The notes under the pieces are model-generated. The model did not search any database. It was not told where the DNA came from and was given only the letters and a program-made list of their open reading frames with translations. 63,316 bases of DNA from a virus (Duplodnaviria > Caudoviricetes). Positions within the stretch are counted from its first letter, which is position 1. The number at the start of each line of letters is the position of its first letter. The stretch spans positions 1-63,316 of IMG/VR virus record IMGVR_UViG_3300020474_000010, one strand, 5' to 3'. Position numbers and translations under genes: made by a program. Positions 62,040-63,316 of this stretch are shown piece after piece.

Positions 62040-62304
62040 TTATATCATCAGCACCTTCAAATCTATTTCTGTATCTGGATGGGTCAGGGTCTCCGAGTCC
62101 CATCCTATTGAGAAAATCCTCGGTACTTCCTTTCTCAATGTCTTGCGACGATTGCCGACGTGCTTGTTGTAACCAATTTCTAGCAGTTGTGTTTGCTTTA
62201 GACAATTTCTCTGCCCATATCATATCTTCTAGAGAGACTTCTTCATTGTTAACAATCTGCTTACATATTCCATCTAATCTGAGTCGATACTTGGTTGATA
62301 GCAT
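61990..62304 (-). CDS. Conserved cyanophage/picocyanobacterial hypothetical protein
   Basis: 104 aa; MLSTKYRLRL..IC..I...EEVSLEDMIWAEKL, DFLN.MGLGDPDP. Confidence 0.8.
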   Translation of the reverse strand: MLSTKYRLRLDGICKQIVNNEEVSLEDMIWAEKLSKANTTARNWLQQARRQSSQDIEKGSTEDFLNRMGLGDPDPSRYRNRFEGADDINDWFRPDRPDDWRQRD

Positions 62305-62305
62305 A

Positions 62306-62500
62306 TTACTCTCGTAATTTGGTTTCCAGGTCTGCGAGTCTCAAGGACTCAGCATGTGCCGCTTCTTGACGGTCACTTACTATATTTAGAATGTCTGCAA
62401 GGATAACTTCATTTTCTATCCCGTCATCAAGATACTTAAAGATTGCTTCTTTCAAATACCTGTGTCTATGCCACTCTGCTGAATATGGTTTGTAGTGCAT
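62306..62500 (-). CDS. Hypothetical protein
   Basis: 64 aa; YKPYS.EWHR.RYLKEA..YLDD. Confidence 0.75.
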   Translation of the reverse strand: MHYKPYSAEWHRHRYLKEAIFKYLDDGIENEVILADILNIVSDRQEAAHAESLRLADLETKLRE

Positions 62501-62522
62501 GATGTATAGTATACGATTCTAT

Positions 62523-62551
62523 ATTATAGACTAAATTTGTTCAAACGTCAA
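62523..62551 (-). promoter_or_regulatory. sigma70 promoter TTGACG-17-TATAAT
   Basis: Canonical spacing upstream of 62500. Confidence 0.75.
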
Positions 62552-63176
62552 GTTTGTAGATCACATGCATCTCGTTACGATTAAGTTGCATCATGTCTTT
62601 AATAGTGTAGTTAGAAAGAAACTCATTAACTGTTCGTAATGTGGAACTACTCTGATATCTTTCTGCATTAATATCAACTTCACAGTATATGGTTTTGACG
62701 TTTTTTAATTTATCTTTAAAACTACGAAGAACATTTATTTCTGCTCCTTGAACATCTATCCAGACTAGATCAATGGGTCGATCATCCAGATATTCATCCA
62801 TAGTTGTTGTAGGAACAAATGTTACACTATGATTAAAGTAAGGGAAGTTCATAGAAGATTCTCCACCATCACAGACGTAAAACGTGCTGTCTTCTGGTGT
62901 ATCAGTTACTAACTTCTCTACTAATGTAATTCTATCAGACTTCCTACTGTTATCTCTACATGTAGGTAGTAATACTGGATTACATTCAAATGCTGTAATA
63001 TGTGCGTTGGGGAATAGTCTGGTAAAAGTTAGAGACTCTTCACAATTATACGCACCTATTTCAAAAATATTCTTAAACTCATCAGGATTTTCTTTTTTAA
63101 GGTATCTCTCTAAAAAGAAAGTTTTATTCCAATCAATCCATTCAAGTTTATTATTAATAAGAACATGTTTTAGCAT
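62541..63176 (-). CDS. FkbM-family SAM-dependent methyltransferase
   Basis: IFEIGA, ITAFECNP, IDLVWIDVQGAE..VL; start moved to MLKHVL, downstream of the terminator and CATAAATA (63182-63189). Confidence 0.8.
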   Translation of the reverse strand: MLKHVLINNKLEWIDWNKTFFLERYLKKENPDEFKNIFEIGAYNCEESLTFTRLFPNAHITAFECNPVLLPTCRDNSRKSDRITLVEKLVTDTPEDSTFYVCDGGESSMNFPYFNHSVTFVPTTTMDEYLDDRPIDLVWIDVQGAEINVLRSFKDKLKNVKTIYCEVDINAERYQSSSTLRTVNEFLSNYTIKDMMQLNRNEMHVIYKLDV

Positions 63177-63193
63177 AGAAATATTTATGGTAC

Positions 63194-63219
63194 AAAAAAA
63201 GAGAGGATTTCCTCTCTTT
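63194..63219 (-). terminator. Intrinsic terminator
   Basis: Minus strand AGAGAGG-AAAT-CCTCTCT-TTTTTT. Confidence 0.75.
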
Positions 63220-63233
63220 ACCATAATATAAAA

Positions 63234-63316
63234 GGGGGAGGTTGGATTCCTGTATACCAACAAAGAACGGGCATTACTACAGTAGTAAAAACGTCCTTGC
63301 CTGAGACCCGACTGGT
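63234..63316 (-). ncRNA. 3' part of a structured RNA, possibly the manA RNA motif (truncated by the window end)
   Basis: Stems CAAGGACG/CGUUCUUUG, UUACUAC/GUAGUAA and GUUGG/CCAAC, followed by a terminator. The resemblance to manA is from recall, not a search. Confidence 0.5.

Overview
This window is a low-GC segment of a T4-like marine cyanophage genome (cyanomyovirus type), with almost every gene on the minus strand. In transcription order (right to left) it starts with the 3' end of a structured ncRNA, an FkbM methyltransferase and small conserved ORFs. Next come a 3473-aa tail/virion protein, three tandem tail-collar fibre genes, a fibre chaperone and seven 2OG-Fe(II) oxygenase-like genes. 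An ~11.5-kb early region (28.7-40.4 kb) of tiny ORFs follows, then a PAAR operon with three more oxygenases, the baseplate genes gp25-gp6-gp7-gp8, a 2717-aa DUF4815/VrlC-like protein and further virion genes. The most striking unannotated structure is in the early region. Thirteen copies of a 22-bp imperfect palindrome (GTGCCACTW-N4-AACTGKCAC) each sit 29-31 bp upstream of a sigma70 -10 box, and upstream stop codons often fall inside the palindrome. Several of these transcripts look leaderless, others share an A/C-rich leader, and one promoter drives a ~160-nt structured RNA with two T-loop-like hairpins. Other highlights are an unannotated 43-aa EF-hand microprotein, a second structured leader RNA, an orphan PD-(D/E)xK nuclease-like gene and same-strand dual-coding ORFs. 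All family assignments come from motif recognition by eye; no searches were run.
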